Positions 61,936 through 64,000 of a stretch of DNA of 64,000 nucleotides are shown one piece after another; positions within the stretch are counted from its first letter, which is position 1; the number at the start of each line of letters is the position of its first letter. The position numbers were made by a program, and so were the translations under genes. Origin of the DNA: Alphaproteobacteria bacterium (lineage in GTDB: Bacteria > Pseudomonadota > Alphaproteobacteria > Bin95); the NCBI GenBank assembly GCA_963665325.3, contig OZ224045.1, positions 2,144,001 through 2,208,000 on the forward strand, given 5' to 3'. Below the pieces are notes generated by a model. That model saw only the letters and a program-made list of their open reading frames with translations, did not search any database and was not told the DNA's origin.

Positions 61936-62691
61936 TCAGGCCGCTTCGTCGCCGAGATAGGCGCGGCGCACGGCCTCGTCGGCGCGCACGGCAGTCGGCG
62001 TCCCCGAAGCGGCGATGCGTCCGCCGACCAGCACGCTTATCCGGTCGGCGAGTGCGAACACGACATCCATGTCGTGCTCGACCAGCAGCATGGTCTTTTC
62101 GCCTTTCAGGCCTTCGAGAATGCCGGTCATGCGCCGGCTCTCCTCGGCGCTCATGCCGGCCATCGGCTCGTCCAGCAGCAGGAGTTCCGGTTCCGCCGCC
62201 AGCGTCATCGCGATTTCGAGCTGGCGGTGCTCGCCGTGGCTGACGGCTCCGGCGCGGTCGTCGGCCGCATGGGCGAGGCCGACCCGCTCCAGCGCCGCCG
62301 CCGCCGGTTCGACAAGATCCGGGTCATTCCTGGCAGGCCGCCAGAACCGGAAACTGCGGCCATCGCGCGCCAGCACCGCCAGCATTACATTGTCGAGCAC
62401 CCGCATCTCCGGCATGACGCTCGTGATCTGGAACGAGCGTGCAAACCCCAGCCTCGCACGTGCATGGGCCGGTCGGCGGGCGATATCGCGTCCGCCGAGC
62501 AGGATGCGGCCGCCGTCGGGCCGCAACTCCCCGGCAAGCAGGGAGATCAGCGTTGTCTTGCCGGCCCCGTTCGGTCCGATGACGGCATGAACCTCGCCTC
62601 GTTTCACCTCCATCGACACGCCATCGACGGCGGCGACCCCGCCGAAGTTCTTCTGGAGGCTCTCGACCCGAAGCAGCGCTTCTTCAGCCAC
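61936..62691 (-). CDS. LivG-type ABC ATP-binding protein
   Basis: GPNGAGKTT, DEPMAGM, VEHDM. Confidence 0.92.
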   Translation of the reverse strand: MAEEALLRVESLQKNFGGVAAVDGVSMEVKRGEVHAVIGPNGAGKTTLISLLAGELRPDGGRILLGGRDIARRPAHARARLGFARSFQITSVMPEMRVLDNVMLAVLARDGRSFRFWRPARNDPDLVEPAAAALERVGLAHAADDRAGAVSHGEHRQLEIAMTLAAEPELLLLDEPMAGMSAEESRRMTGILEGLKGEKTMLLVEHDMDVVFALADRISVLVGGRIAASGTPTAVRADEAVRRAYLGDEAA

Positions 62692-63607
62692 GACGCCCCT
62701 CCAGCAGCCCCGCGAGGCCGCCGCGCGCAAACAGCACGACCAGGATCAGCAGGAGACCGAAGGGAAGCTGCCAGTAGATCGTCCAGCCCGACAGCATCTC
62801 CTCCAGCAACAGGAACACCGCGGCGCCCATCAGCGGGCCGAACAGCGCACCCGTGCCGCCAAGGACCACCATGAAGATCAGCTCGCCCGAGCGCGTCCAG
62901 TCCATCATCTCGGGGCTGATGAAGTTGGTGAAATTGCCGAGCATCGCGCCACTGAGGCCGCACAGTGCGCCGGCCAGCGTGTAGGCGGCAAGACGGTGGC
63001 GGTAGAAGGCGAAGCCCAGCGAGGCCATGCGGCGTTCGTTTCCCCTGGCGCCCTCGATCACCATGCCGAACCGCGTGCGCACCAGCCGGTGCACCGCATA
63101 CAGCGTGCCGATCAGGACGGCGAAGCAGACATAATAGAGGGTGAGCCCGTCCTCCAGATCGACCAGCGGGAACTCCGAGCGGATGTCGATCACGAGGCCG
63201 TCATCGCCTCCGTATTCCTCGATGCTGACCACGGCGAAGAACACCATCTGGGCGAAGGCCATGGTGATCATGATGAAATAGACGCCGCGCGTGCGCAGCG
63301 CGATCGCGCCGGTGGCGAGCGCGAACAGGGCGGAACAGGCGACCGCGATCAAGAGATGCAACCAGCCGTCGTAGATTTCGTAATAGGCCGGAATGCCGAC
63401 GGCATAGGCGCCGATACCGATATAGGCCGCATGGCCGAAGCTGATCATGCCGCCATGGCCCAGGATGAGATTCAGTGAGGTGGCGGCCGCGGCAAGGCAG
63501 ACGAGGCGCGTCAGGATATCGACATAGAAGGGCTGGCCTGCGGCCAGTGCCAGCGGCGGACCGACGGCGAGCGCCGCCAGCAGCAGCCAGCCGACAGCCC
63601 GGCTCAT
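62684..63607 (-). CDS. LivM-type ABC permease
   Basis: SFGHAAY, GVYFIMIT, GGDDG. Confidence 0.9.
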   Translation of the reverse strand: MSRAVGWLLLAALAVGPPLALAAGQPFYVDILTRLVCLAAAATSLNLILGHGGMISFGHAAYIGIGAYAVGIPAYYEIYDGWLHLLIAVACSALFALATGAIALRTRGVYFIMITMAFAQMVFFAVVSIEEYGGDDGLVIDIRSEFPLVDLEDGLTLYYVCFAVLIGTLYAVHRLVRTRFGMVIEGARGNERRMASLGFAFYRHRLAAYTLAGALCGLSGAMLGNFTNFISPEMMDWTRSGELIFMVVLGGTGALFGPLMGAAVFLLLEEMLSGWTIYWQLPFGLLLILVVLFARGGLAGLLEGRRG

Positions 63608-64000
63608 CGCGTCTTCGGCGGGAATAGGCCCTGCGGACGGAAGGCCAGCACGGACGCCATCAGGATGTAGATCAGCATTGCCGAAAGCGCAGGCGCGGAC
63701 GTCTCCGCCGCCTGCGCGCTCATCAACAGCTTGAGCCCCATGTCGAGGAAGGACCGGCCCATGGTGTCGATCATCCCGATCAGCAGCGCAGCCACGAAGG
63801 CGCCCCGGATGGACCCGATGCCTCCCACGATGACGACGACAAAGGCCGTGATGATGATCTCGTTGCCCATCCCGATAGAGGCTTCGGTGATCGGCGCGAT
63901 CATCATGCCGGCAAGCCCCGCCATGACGGCGCCGAGCGCAAACACCAGCGTGAACAGGAGGCCGATGTCGATGCCGAGCGCGCCTGCCATGGCCGGGTTG
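63604..64000 (-). CDS. LivH-type ABC permease, 5' end outside window
   Basis: AFVVVIVGGIGSIRGA, RPQGLF. Confidence 0.88.
   Translation of the reverse strand, partial: NPAMAGALGIDIGLLFTLVFALGAVMAGLAGMMIAPITEASIGMGNEIIITAFVVVIVGGIGSIRGAFVAALLIGMIDTMGRSFLDMGLKLLMSAQAAETSAPALSAMLIYILMASVLAFRPQGLFPPKTR

Overview
This is a high-GC, chromosome-like window. The cinA-like/map/radC, mutS, pepF-like/ABC1 and NADP-icd gene styles suggest an alphaproteobacterium (inference). Most of it is catabolic and transport genes: three LivKHMGF/Urt-type ABC systems, two PhyH dioxygenases, tandem amidases, a P450, an epoxide hydrolase, a GST and a reductive-dehalogenase-like protein. There is also an oxyR-katG locus and a second OxyR paralogue. 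Two things stand out. (1) A selenoprotein gene that the ORF track splits: an AhpD-like gene at 12173..13255 reads through TGA 12902-12904 in a C-V-Y-U-T-T-S-H motif, has a SECIS-like hairpin 24 nt downstream, and leads straight into an AtuA-like/DUF4387 pair. (2) A small decaying phage/satellite-like element in tRNA-Arg(CCT), bounded by 45-bp att repeats at 18098 and 24659. It has a frameshifted integrase, putative arm-type and IHF sites, and an IS21 with no target duplication sitting between two different truncated virion genes. No CRISPR array or rRNA was seen. All family assignments come from motif recognition, not database searches.
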